Part shown: positions 10,018 to 18,976 of the stretch, piece after piece
Layout: every line of letters begins with the position of its first letter
How positions within the stretch are numbered: the first letter of the stretch is position 1
Source of the DNA: a bacterium
GTDB taxonomy: Bacteria; DRYD01
Length of the DNA: 64,000 bases
Assembly (NCBI GenBank): GCA_039630415.1
Contig: JBCNVB010000002.1
Location: 15,042-79,041 of the forward strand
Direction: 5' to 3'
The notes under the pieces: generated by a model
The model's input: only the letters and a program-made list of their open reading frames with translations
Told to the model about the DNA's origin: nothing
Database searches by the model: none
Position numbers and translations under genes: made by a program

Positions 10018-11174
10018 TGGAGGGAAAACACATGGTTTACATCGTTGACTATTCTTTTACAGTATTCGGTAAGATAAACGGTATATGGGCTGATCATAGA
10101 GCTTCTGACTTGGCTTCCTTAGTGATAAAGGATATAACCTCGAGATTCAACTACCCCGTGGATTTAGTTATTTTAGGTAATGTTATAGGTGCTGGATGCG
10201 GACAAAACTTAGCAAGGCAAGCATTATTTAAAGCAGGACTTAATATCAATACACCTGCTTTTGTCGTGAATCAAGTATGCATATCTCCCATTAAAGCTAT
10301 ACATACGGCTTTCGTTAACATACTTTCTGGGGAGTACGATGTGGTAATAGCTGGTGGAGTAGAAAGCATGACTAATGCTCCTTTCTTAGCAAGGGTCAGA
10401 ATGGGGAATAAATACGGTGATATGAGTCTGGAAGACTCTATAAATACCGATGGTCTACGATGTGGAATATCTAACAAACTTATGATAGAAATAGCTGAAC
10501 AAATTGCTAAAAAGTATCAGATAACTAGGGAAGAGCAAGATAAACTGGCCTATGAAAGTCATAAAAGAGCATTAAACTTTTGGAACCTCCTTTCAAAAAA
10601 AATTAACTTCATAAAATCTACAAAAAAAGAGATTGATGAGAATATAAGGGAGGATATAAGTATAGATAAGTTATCTTCGTTAAGGGTAGTGTTAAAAGGA
10701 GAGAGTAGTAGCATAACTGCTGGAAATGCATCGTCTCTAGCTGATGGTGCAGCAGCTGTTTTATTGGTATCCGAAAAAGCTCTTAAAAAATATAACCTTA
10801 AGCCATTAGCACAAATAAGAGGATTTGCAGAAAGCTTTGATTTACCAGAAAACTTCCCAATAGTACCCTCTATTTCTACTAATTCTCTTTTAAAAAAGCT
10901 AAACATATCCAAACAGGAGATAGACTTGTGGGAGATAAATGAAGCATTTGCATGTGTTCTAGCTGCAAACATGAAAATACTCGAAATAGATTACGAAAGA
11001 ACAAATATATTTGGTGGAGCGGTAGCTTTTGGGCATCCAATCGGTGCTACAGGAGCAAGATTAGTAATCAACTCAATTCTAGCTCTAAAACATACAAATT
11101 TCTCCAAGGCAGTTATTACGGTCTGTGCAGGTACTGGTGGAGGATACTCTCTACTACTTGAAAATATCAGCTAA
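10017..11174 (+). CDS. Thiolase (acetyl-CoA C-acyltransferase)
   Basis: GQNLARQ, NQVC (catalytic Cys), GGVESMT, TAGNASSLADGA, EINEAFA, GHPIGATG, TVCAGTGGG. Confidence 0.95.
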   Translation: MEGKHMVYIVDYSFTVFGKINGIWADHRASDLASLVIKDITSRFNYPVDLVILGNVIGAGCGQNLARQALFKAGLNINTPAFVVNQVCISPIKAIHTAFVNILSGEYDVVIAGGVESMTNAPFLARVRMGNKYGDMSLEDSINTDGLRCGISNKLMIEIAEQIAKKYQITREEQDKLAYESHKRALNFWNLLSKKINFIKSTKKEIDENIREDISIDKLSSLRVVLKGESSSITAGNASSLADGAAAVLLVSEKALKKYNLKPLAQIRGFAESFDLPENFPIVPSISTNSLLKKLNISKQEIDLWEINEAFACVLAANMKILEIDYERTNIFGGAVAFGHPIGATGARLVINSILALKHTNFSKAVITVCAGTGGGYSLLLENIS

Positions 11175-11238
11175 AAAGCCAGAACTGAAAAACAAGTAAT
11201 CCAAAGGAATAAAAGCAATAGAATAGAATTGTATAGTT

Positions 11239-12173
11239 GTGAAAGTTTATACCAAGTTTGTCAATGTAATAGAAAGCATAAAAAATTACTTTTTCACTGA
11301 TGAGTTGGTATTGTATTTGATATTTGCTTGTTTCTTATCTAGGGGACATATTTTGATAGAAGATGTTCCTGGTGTAGGAAAAACAACTCTAGCAAAGTTA
11401 ATAGCTTCTTGTATGGATTTGAAGTTTAAAAGAATTCAGGGAACACCTGATTTGTTACCAACGGATATAACAGGTTTAAGTGTATACAATCCAAAACTAT
11501 GGAGTTTGATTTCAAACCAGGTCCCGTATTTACTAACATACTCCTAATAGATGAAATAAACCGAATACCTCCTAAATCTCAAAGTGCGCTACTAGAAGTT
11601 ATGGAAGAAAGACAATCTACCATAGATGGAAAAACATACGTCCTTCCTAACCCTTTCTTTGTTATAGCTACGGAAAATCCCATAGAGATGGCAGGTTCTT
11701 ACCCTTTAGTAGAAGCTCAACTGGACAGATTCCTAATGAAAATATCCCTTGGATATCCCTCAAGAGAGGGATTACTAAAAATAATGAATTTTTATGTCTG
11801 GAAAAACATAGAGTATAAGTCTGAACATAGGTTAAATCTGGATGATATTGCTCTTGCTTTTGAAGAAGTAAAAAGAACTTACATAAGTGACAAAGTAAAG
11901 GAATACTGTATAGACATATTTGAATACATTCATAACGACGGTAAAGTATATTTACCCCCTAGCCCAAGAGCTTTACTTCATGTACTAAGAACTGCATCTT
12001 CAATAGCTTACCTAAAGGAAAGAGAGTATGTAATACCTGATGACATAAAAATGGTTGTTCCATATGTGCTTGCTCATCGAATTATTCTTAAAACCTCATC
12101 GGATTTTAGGGATAATTATAAATACGTTAAAGAGGTGTTAGATCAAGTTAAAGTACCAAAGGAGGTCGCATAA
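11239..12173 (+). pseudogene. MoxR-family AAA+ ATPase split by a 1-nt frameshift (pseudogene or sequence error)
   Basis: ORF 11239-11547 has GHILIEDVPGVGKT and RIQGTPDLLPTD. ORF 11499-12173 has GPVFTNILLIDEINR, ATENPIE, AQLDRF, SPRA. One extra A in the run at 11493-11496 restores YNPKTMEFDFKPGP. Confidence 0.85.
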
Positions 12174-12175
12174 TT

Positions 12176-13246
12176 ATGGATACATCTATGATAACAATAG
12201 ATCATCTTTTAAGAATAGCTGTAGAGAGAAATGCCAGTGACCTTCATATAACCTCTGGTTTACCACCTATGTTGAGAATAGATGGTAGACTAGTGCCAAC
12301 GGAATTTGGTCGTCTTAAACCCGAAGATACCAGAAGACTTATATACGCAATATTGAATGATAAGCAAAGAGAAAAATTTGAAAGGGAACTAGAGCTGGAT
12401 ACTTCTTACGGTATACCCGGTTATGGAAGATTCAGATTAAACGTCTACAAACAAAGAGGTGCTGTAGCAGCTGCATTTAGAACCATACCTAACGTAATAA
12501 AAAGTCCAGAAGAACTAGGATTACCTTCAATAGTTTATGACTTAGCTAACAAAAGAAGTGGATTAATTCTAGTTACAGGACCTACTGGCGTAGGAAAATC
12601 TACAACTCTTGCAGCGATAGTTGATATAATCAATTCCACTAGAACTGATCACATCCTGACTATAGAAGATCCTATAGAGTATATTCACACTCACAAGAAG
12701 TCTATGATAAACCAGAGGGAGTTGGGAGTAGATACTTATTCATTTGCCGCAGCGCTAAAGTCTGCTTTAAGAGAAGATCCAGACGTTATATTAGTTGGTG
12801 AGATGAGGGATTTAGAAACTATATCAGGTGTTTTAACAGCTGCTGAAACAGGACACTTGATACTATCAACTCTTCACACTACCGACGCTCCCCAAACAAT
12901 AGATAGAATTATAGACGTATTTCCTCCTCATCAACAACAACAAGTTAGAATACAATTGGCTTCAGTTTTAGAAGCTATTATTTGCCAACAATTGATTCCT
13001 GCAGCTTCAGGACAGGGTAGACACTTAGCATGTGAAATACTAGTAGGAACAGCTGCAGTGAAAAATATAATAAGAGAAGGAAAAGTACATCAACTAAAAG
13101 CTATAATGCAAACTTCTAGACAATACGGAATGCAAACAATGGATCAGGCTATATACGAACTATATAAGGAAGGGAAGATAAGTTCGGATGAAGCTGTATC
13201 AAGGAGTTCTAACCCACAAGAAATGAAAGCAAGAATAGGCTCATGA
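12176..13246 (+). CDS. pilT: Type IV pilus retraction ATPase PilT
   Basis: ASDLHI, GPTGVGKSTT, TIEDPIE, SALREDPDVILVGEMRD, AAETGHL, AVKNIIRE (AIRNLIRE box), GMQTMDQ. GGAGG RBS. Confidence 0.97.
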   Translation: MDTSMITIDHLLRIAVERNASDLHITSGLPPMLRIDGRLVPTEFGRLKPEDTRRLIYAILNDKQREKFERELELDTSYGIPGYGRFRLNVYKQRGAVAAAFRTIPNVIKSPEELGLPSIVYDLANKRSGLILVTGPTGVGKSTTLAAIVDIINSTRTDHILTIEDPIEYIHTHKKSMINQRELGVDTYSFAAALKSALREDPDVILVGEMRDLETISGVLTAAETGHLILSTLHTTDAPQTIDRIIDVFPPHQQQQVRIQLASVLEAIICQQLIPAASGQGRHLACEILVGTAAVKNIIREGKVHQLKAIMQTSRQYGMQTMDQAIYELYKEGKISSDEAVSRSSNPQEMKARIGS

Positions 13247-14448
13247 AATTCATCCATGTAGCTGATTTACATTTAGGCAAAAAAATAAAAACTATACGTG
13301 GTGATTTACAGCTAGAATTTGACAAAGCTATAGAGCAGTTAATACAAATAGTAAGGGAAATAAAACCAACATTCCTATTCATAGCAGGTGATATATTCCA
13401 CTACAAAAACCCTTCCCAAGAAGCTGAAGAATTGTTCATAAAACTATTACTAGACTCATACAAAAATGTAAAGTATACCATAATAATCTCGGGTAATCAT
13501 GATAATTCCAAAAAACTTCAAAATATATCTCTTTTTAACAGGTATATTAACCAATTAGTATCCACTGGTAAAATTTTCATCTATACTGATGTAGATCTAT
13601 TGAATGATATAGCTAATGATAAAATATCTCCTTTACAAGAGATAGAAGAAGCAGATATAATCCCGCTTCCATTCATTGAGTATAGGAATGCTGTACAAGT
13701 TGCCTTAAAATCAAAAGAAATTCCAGAAGAATATGCTTACTCTTATATTCACTCTAGGCTAATATATGAATTTTTGAAGAAATCCAACAAGGATATAAAG
13801 ATATTAGTAGGGCATATGTTTGTTGATCAAGCTTCTATATGTGGTACAGAATCAAGGAATTTTATAAGTCCTAGCTATACTGTAAAATTAGGTGATCTTC
13901 CAGACAGTATAACCTATTATGCCCTTGGTCATGTTCACAGATATCAAAAAGTAAGTGGTAAGAATATATACTACGCCGGATCAATTATTCCTTTAGATTT
14001 TTCTGAAACTTTTGAACATGGCATAATAATTGGAGAAATCGTAGACAAATTTCCCAAAATACAGTTTCATAGGATAAATTACAGAGAGTTTAAGATTCTT
14101 AAAATTTCTAACCTTTATCCGGAACAAATGTTCGATGAGATTGAAAAAAATAAGGATAGGTATATAAAAATCTTATATACTGAAATGCAACCTGATGTTA
14201 GAGAAAAAATAATGAAGTTTGAAAACGTTTTGAAAATAGAAAAGGAACAACTTAAAGTTGTAGGAGATAGTATAGCTGCGAAAAGAAATAATGACCATCA
14301 AAATCAAAGATCTTTCGAATATATAGATCTTTACAATGTAGTTGGTATATATAGTCTATATTACTCTAAGCTAAAGGGGATTAATTGCAGCTCAATTATT
14401 TTGGAAAAATTAGATCATATCTTAAAAGAATCAGAAAATTTAATATAG
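13243..14448 (+). CDS. sbcD: SbcD/Mre11-family metallophosphoesterase nuclease
   Basis: HVADLHLG, AGDIFH, ISGNHD, GHMFV, YYALGHVH, YAGS...DFSE. Confidence 0.9.
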   Translation: MKFIHVADLHLGKKIKTIRGDLQLEFDKAIEQLIQIVREIKPTFLFIAGDIFHYKNPSQEAEELFIKLLLDSYKNVKYTIIISGNHDNSKKLQNISLFNRYINQLVSTGKIFIYTDVDLLNDIANDKISPLQEIEEADIIPLPFIEYRNAVQVALKSKEIPEEYAYSYIHSRLIYEFLKKSNKDIKILVGHMFVDQASICGTESRNFISPSYTVKLGDLPDSITYYALGHVHRYQKVSGKNIYYAGSIIPLDFSETFEHGIIIGEIVDKFPKIQFHRINYREFKILKISNLYPEQMFDEIEKNKDRYIKILYTEMQPDVREKIMKFENVLKIEKEQLKVVGDSIAAKRNNDHQNQRSFEYIDLYNVVGIYSLYYSKLKGINCSSIILEKLDHILKESENLI

Positions 14449-14461
14449 TTTGATTATATGT

Positions 14462-14502
14462 ATATTGTGAAGGAGGGCTTTCAAAAGCCCCCTTCACAAT
14501 AT
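14462..14502. terminator. Bidirectional intrinsic terminator between convergent sbcD and pilin genes
   Basis: Inverted repeat ATATTGTGAAGG-A-GGGCTTT / AAAGCCC-CCTTCACAATAT followed by a T-run. Confidence 0.85.
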
Positions 14503-14516
14503 TTTAGCTATTGTTA

Positions 14517-15005
14517 TTACTGAGTATCATCTCTATATTGTCCTTCTGAAGTTAATACTGGTCCACCCAATCTGTTTCCTATTCTATGTCTTACGGTTAT
14601 GTTTGTTCCGCTGTTGGGAGCTGCTGGACAGTATATCGCATATAAAACACCACCAGTTGGTATGTTTATGCGGTAATCAGTGCTTCTTGCTGTTGGGCAT
14701 CTTATAATTTTACCAACATATTGAGATCTGAAAGCAGTTGCCCCTGCAGGGGTGTTAGTATTGTTACTAGGATCACCTGCATTTTGGATAGTTCCTCCTC
14801 CTGTTCCACCTGGATACATTCCGTCATAGTCATTTGAGTACATTTCCATACAGGTTGAGAAAGTTTTTAGATTAGATTTGCAGGCTGTGTATCTGGAAGC
14901 TTCTCTAGCTCTCATAAAGTTGGGTACTAGTACTGCTGCTAAGATAGCTATTATTGCTATTACAATCATCAGTTCTATTAACGTAAAACCTTTTCTCTTT
15001 CTCAT
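14517..15005 (-). CDS. Type IV pilin (probable major pilin)
   Basis: Class III signal RKRKG|FTLIELMIVIAIIAILAAVLVPNF, strong AAGGAGGTG RBS, own terminator, four Cys. Confidence 0.92.
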   Translation of the reverse strand: MRKRKGFTLIELMIVIAIIAILAAVLVPNFMRAREASRYTACKSNLKTFSTCMEMYSNDYDGMYPGGTGGGTIQNAGDPSNNTNTPAGATAFRSQYVGKIIRCPTARSTDYRINIPTGGVLYAIYCPAAPNSGTNITVRHRIGNRLGGPVLTSEGQYRDDTQ

Positions 15006-15079
15006 TTTCTATCCACCTCCTTTTCAATTAGTAAGTGTACATTTTTTTTAGTTGTGTTACCTTTGATAATTGATATATA

Positions 15080-15586
15080 TCAATTACTAGTTTGAATATC
15101 ATCTATGAATGATGATCCTGAATCAAGTACTGGTCCACCTTTACCTGATCCTATTACGTGTTTGGGTTCTAAATTGGGGCCTCTAGGTGCAGAGGGACAG
15201 TATATGTAACATCTATTAGTTGTTACAATCTTAATCAGATAGTTTGTGCTTTTTGTCTTGGGGCATCTAACAAATTTATCTACATAATTTGCTCTGAAAG
15301 TGGCAGCTCCTACTGGATTATTTGTATTATCATATGGATTACCTGCATTTGTTATTTGAGTATCTGGACCACCAGGATAGTTACCATTGTAATCATTTGA
15401 GTACATTTCTAAGCAGTTCAATAGGTTTCTTATGTTAGATTTACAAGCTGTAAGTCTTGAAGCTTCCCTTGCTCTCATTATGTTTGGTATAAGTACTACT
15501 GCTAGTATAGCTATGATAGCTATAACAATCATTAATTCTATTAAAGTAAAACCCTTCATGTTAGTCCTTAATTTTATCAGAAACAT
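15080..15586 (-). CDS. Type IV pilin paralog
   Basis: MKG|FTLIELMIVIAIIAILAVVLIPN. Colinear with the downstream pilin (RAREASR, TACKSN, EMYSNDY, NAG, GAxxFR, RCP, YCP, GGPVL). Confidence 0.92.
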   Translation of the reverse strand: MFLIKLRTNMKGFTLIELMIVIAIIAILAVVLIPNIMRAREASRLTACKSNIRNLLNCLEMYSNDYNGNYPGGPDTQITNAGNPYDNTNNPVGAATFRANYVDKFVRCPKTKSTNYLIKIVTTNRCYIYCPSAPRGPNLEPKHVIGSGKGGPVLDSGSSFIDDIQTSN

Positions 15587-15742
15587 GATATACTATACCC
15601 CCTTTATAGGGGAAGTGTAAGGGTTAACAGATAATGTGTATTTCAAAAAAATTGAGAATAGTCAACAAATATATCGTTTTTTAATTTCTTTTGTTATTTT
15701 CTGTTTGCAGTTTTTATTTCTTCTTTAGTAACTTTAGCTATT

Positions 15743-16771
15743 TTATATACCGTAGAGGTAGTTAGATGATATGTTTATGTTGGTTATATCGAATCCTGCT
15801 AGTTCTTGTTTGTAATTATAGGTTTCTCCTACTTTTCGTGTGTAGCTTTCTTTGTTTGTATCGAATTGTTTAATGTTCCATTCGGCTGCTGATTTGAGTT
15901 CACCTGGGTCTACTTTGCCGTCTCCATTTTTGTCTTGCCATATGTATACATTTTTGAGTTCATCTCCAGTTATAACTCCGTCACCATTTTTATCAAATAA
16001 ATCTCTCATTTTTTCATAGCCGGATTTATATTTATTTTGTTCCCCATTTATACCTGTTTCTGTCATCAAGTGTCTACCATCTAATTTAATTTGGTCATAC
16101 TTTCCTTCTTGCAGTAATCTTCTTTGTTCTGGTGTTAGGTATACTACAAAAGCGTCTGTTTTATCTCCTTTTGCTTTTACCCATTGTGTTCTATCGGGTA
16201 TACCATCTCCGTTTATGTCAAATTGTATTCCATTTTCTTTTCCTCTATTTACTATTTGTGTTGTTTCTATTGTTTGAATGATACTCCTTCTTCTTCCTAT
16301 TCTTATTTCTTGATTATGAGTTGTTCTCTGTACTTCGTAGTTTGTATCTGTAACAGTTGCTTTACCATCTCCATCTACGTCTATTATAACTGGGTCTCTT
16401 CTACCTACAAACTGAGTATTTATTACTCTACTTCCTTCTTGTACTCTTCCGTCAACACTACTAAATTTGTAGTCAAACATTCTACCTGTTTGTAAAATTT
16501 CTTGCTTTTCGATGGAGTTTTTGTAGATTGGTGTTAGTGAATTATAGCTTATATCTATACCTGAATTGTATATGCCTGAGAAAGAAAAGCCTTTCCCAAT
16601 AAACCCAAACCCAGAAAATCCTAAACCATTATCTACTCCAAAAGCTTGGAAGAATATTGGGACTTGAGCAAGTAGTTGATTGTATGAATTTATGCTAAGT
16701 GAGCTAATTGTAGGCCCATAGCTATACCAAGAGTATCTATCAGTTGGTTGTACTGAGTGTATGAATGACAT
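15743..16771 (-). CDS. Ca-binding (DxDxDG/EF-hand-like) hypothetical protein without signal peptide
   Basis: DPVIIDVDGDG, FDINGDG...QWV, DKNGDGVITGDEL, IWQDKNGDGKVDPGELK. GGGAGGTG RBS. Confidence 0.75.
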   Translation of the reverse strand: MSFIHSVQPTDRYSWYSYGPTISSLSINSYNQLLAQVPIFFQAFGVDNGLGFSGFGFIGKGFSFSGIYNSGIDISYNSLTPIYKNSIEKQEILQTGRMFDYKFSSVDGRVQEGSRVINTQFVGRRDPVIIDVDGDGKATVTDTNYEVQRTTHNQEIRIGRRRSIIQTIETTQIVNRGKENGIQFDINGDGIPDRTQWVKAKGDKTDAFVVYLTPEQRRLLQEGKYDQIKLDGRHLMTETGINGEQNKYKSGYEKMRDLFDKNGDGVITGDELKNVYIWQDKNGDGKVDPGELKSAAEWNIKQFDTNKESYTRKVGETYNYKQELAGFDITNINISSNYLYGI

Positions 16772-16852
16772 TTTCTTTACACCTCCCTAAAATTTTATAT
16801 TACGTTTTATATATGTACCCCAATCTTTTACTTAAAAAATATACTAGACTAT

Positions 16853-16871
16853 TTTTTACATTTTTTTTACA
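16853..16871 (-). promoter_or_regulatory. Direct-repeat box TGTAAAAA-N3-TGTAAAAA (11-bp period)
   Basis: Minus strand reads TTTGTAAAAAAAATGTAAAAAAT, about 80-100 bp upstream of the 16771 start. The same motif occurs at three other promoters. Confidence 0.6.
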
Positions 16872-17061
16872 AATATACTGTATCTAAGTGCTGTTTGTTA
16901 TCAGAAATGAAAAGAGTGATTTCTTAGAAATCATTAAATTTATCTCCAATATTGCTGTTTTACAAACCATAGACTTTTAAGGTTACTTAAAGATATCTAT
17001 AATAACTCTGTACGGTGCTGGGTAAGCTATTTGTAATGGAGAGTAATTTATAATGAATGGC

Positions 17062-18078
17062 TCAACTGGTGATTCTATACCTATCATATTCTTTTTTATC
17101 TTCTTTATCTTCTTTCTGATCAAATAACAACTTTTCTACTCGTAAAAGGTAATGCTTGTTATTAGAAATAGAGATACTAACGTTGAAAAAGTCATTAAAT
17201 CTATCCTTAAATATGCAGAAGAATAAAGGACTGTTACCCTTATATTCTGAGCCAAGATCGTAAAAATTATCAATGGTACCGCTTTGCAAATCGTAGAATT
17301 TTATAAGGTTTTTATTGTTTTCTCTCGAGAAGAAATATACATTTTTATGTAACTTATTCTTAGACAACAGTATTAGTTCAGAAGTGTATAAGTGTTCCAG
17401 TTTGTTATTTGATATTTTAAGAAGCTTTTGTTTACTCTTGTCTTTCTTGACTATAAGGATTGTATTTTTATCTATTATTTCCAAATCAATTAGGTCTTGT
17501 ATATTTCGTATTTGTTCTAGATCAATTTTCTGGGTTTGGTAGTTATGATAGGTAAAAAGACATAATTTATCTATTTCTCCTTTTGCCCTATCCACATAAT
17601 TGTAACCTATCCAATAGAAGATATCTTCTGTTGATTTTATGTTACTAAGGAGATAAGAGGGATTTTCTTGCGTATATTTTTTCCCACTGGGAGATATGTA
17701 GAATATTTTGTTACTTCCTGCTGTAGAGAATGTTAGAATTTCATTTTTATCATTTATCTTGGATATGTTTGATACTTTTGTTTCTTCAAATATATTTGTT
17801 CCGATTCTATCTCGTGAAGGGTTTATGTATACCAGTAGTGTTCCTTTTGCTCTGTATAGCTTATACAGATATACTATACTTCCCTTTGTGTTACTCGAAT
17901 AACTAGCATATTCGTAGTCTTTATCATATATCGGTTTCTTTGTATGGTATATGTAGTTGGATACATTAATATCAAGCGTTTGTTTAGTAGTTAGATCAAT
18001 TGCGAATATTGTAGATAATAGTGTTAGTAGTATTATGTTGGCGATAAACAAACTTATGAGTATTTTGGTGTATTGCAT
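17062..18078 (-). CDS. Secreted hypothetical protein, possibly a beta-propeller; C-terminus may be frameshifted
   Basis: GGAGGT RBS before ATG 18078 and a signal peptide MQYTKILISLFIANIILLTLLSTIFA. An alternative frame continues to 16983. Confidence 0.65.
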   Translation of the reverse strand: MQYTKILISLFIANIILLTLLSTIFAIDLTTKQTLDINVSNYIYHTKKPIYDKDYEYASYSSNTKGSIVYLYKLYRAKGTLLVYINPSRDRIGTNIFEETKVSNISKINDKNEILTFSTAGSNKIFYISPSGKKYTQENPSYLLSNIKSTEDIFYWIGYNYVDRAKGEIDKLCLFTYHNYQTQKIDLEQIRNIQDLIDLEIIDKNTILIVKKDKSKQKLLKISNNKLEHLYTSELILLSKNKLHKNVYFFSRENNKNLIKFYDLQSGTIDNFYDLGSEYKGNSPLFFCIFKDRFNDFFNVSISISNNKHYLLRVEKLLFDQKEDKEDKKEYDRYRITS

Positions 18079-18148
18079 ATTTTTAAACCTCCTCTGGTGT
18101 AATATTTCTTTAAGATCTTGTGGCATTGGAAAGAAAAATAATACTGAA

Positions 18149-18192
18149 AGCTCCTGTGCATGAGAAGATATTTTTACTCATGCACAGGAGCT
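18149..18192 (-). terminator. Strong hairpin, probable terminator or processing stem after the 18202-18747 gene
   Basis: Perfect 16-bp inverted repeat AGCTCCTGTGCATGAG / CTCATGCACAGGAGCT with a 12-nt loop. T-rich tract follows on the minus strand. Confidence 0.85.
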
Positions 18193-18201
18193 AGCAAAAC
18201 T

Positions 18202-18747
18202 TTATACTTTTTTACCTATTCCCCATTCTATTGAAGGCCACCATTGCCATACTTTGATCACTCTTCCATCTTTCGTTTTAGCATAACCTTGTAGAGTATT
18301 TGCTCCATATGATGTTCCTATCTCTACTATTCCTAATTGTGATGGTTTAATTAATTCTTGCATTTGTACTTTTGTATCTTGATTTTTATCTTGCCATATG
18401 TACAGATTATCTAACTCTTCATCAGTTATTTTATTATCCTTGTTAAAGTCAAAGTTTTCTTGCAGTTTTTCAAAGCCATTTTTATATCCAAATGCGTTTG
18501 ACATTAGATTAAATCTATCTACCTCTTGCTTGATTTTTCCGTTCTCAAAGAATATTATCAATCCATCACTTGGTCCTATCCATTCTACAAAATCTTTTAC
18601 TCCATCAGCATTTAAGTCAAACATTTTTGCTCTGGCTTTGTCAAAATTATTTTTTGGTAAGTTTGCATTCCCTGAAACATCTGGCAAATTATTTTGATCT
18701 AAATCTATTACTAGAGAATCTGCTCTTCGTACCTCGACTGTTACCAT
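18202..18747 (-). CDS. Ca-binding (DxDxDG/EF-hand-like) hypothetical protein, paralog of 15743-16771
   Basis: DSLVIDLDQNN, FDLNADG...EWI...DG, NGFEKL, DFNKDNKITDEEL, YIWQDKNQD...ELI. The frame stays open 32 codons upstream of the ATG, so the start is uncertain. Confidence 0.75.
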   Translation of the reverse strand: MVTVEVRRADSLVIDLDQNNLPDVSGNANLPKNNFDKARAKMFDLNADGVKDFVEWIGPSDGLIIFFENGKIKQEVDRFNLMSNAFGYKNGFEKLQENFDFNKDNKITDEELDNLYIWQDKNQDTKVQMQELIKPSQLGIVEIGTSYGANTLQGYAKTKDGRVIKVWQWWPSIEWGIGKKV

Positions 18748-18912
18748 GACAAAATCATTTACTGTAGCAACCTGGTTTATGTTTATATCTTTTCTTTGGA
18801 AAACATCTCTTTGACTAATAACTTGTACATCTCCTTCTTGTGTTTAGGATACTATATTATATTTAAACTAAATTACTTGATAAAATGTTACGAAAATATT
18901 TCAAAAATTACA

Positions 18913-18930
18913 TTTTTACACACTTTTTAC
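18913..18930 (-). promoter_or_regulatory. Direct-repeat box GTAAAAA-N4-GTAAAAA (11-bp period)
   Basis: Minus strand reads CGTAAAAAGTGTGTAAAAATG in the divergent intergenic region, oriented toward the Ca-binding gene. Confidence 0.55.
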
Positions 18931-18976
18931 GAACTAAAAAGGATTTTAAAAGTCGACAATAAAGATAAATAATAAC

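Noticed and set aside
11224-11241. Leaderless transcription signal (TAnnnT shortly before starts at 11239, 47544, 50701)
   Set aside because: Spacing is inconsistent (6-9 nt) and TAnnnT is too frequent in AT-rich DNA to support a claim without TSS data.
18149-18192. 16-bp inverted repeat as a MITE or IS end
   Set aside because: Single copy, only a 12-nt loop, and located just after a stop codon; a terminator is the simpler explanation.
18935-18959. Sigma-28-like promoters (TAAA...GTCGACAA here; TAAA...GTCGAAAA at 63748-63770)
   Set aside because: Spacers are 13 and 11 nt rather than ~15, and the -10 matches are imperfect.
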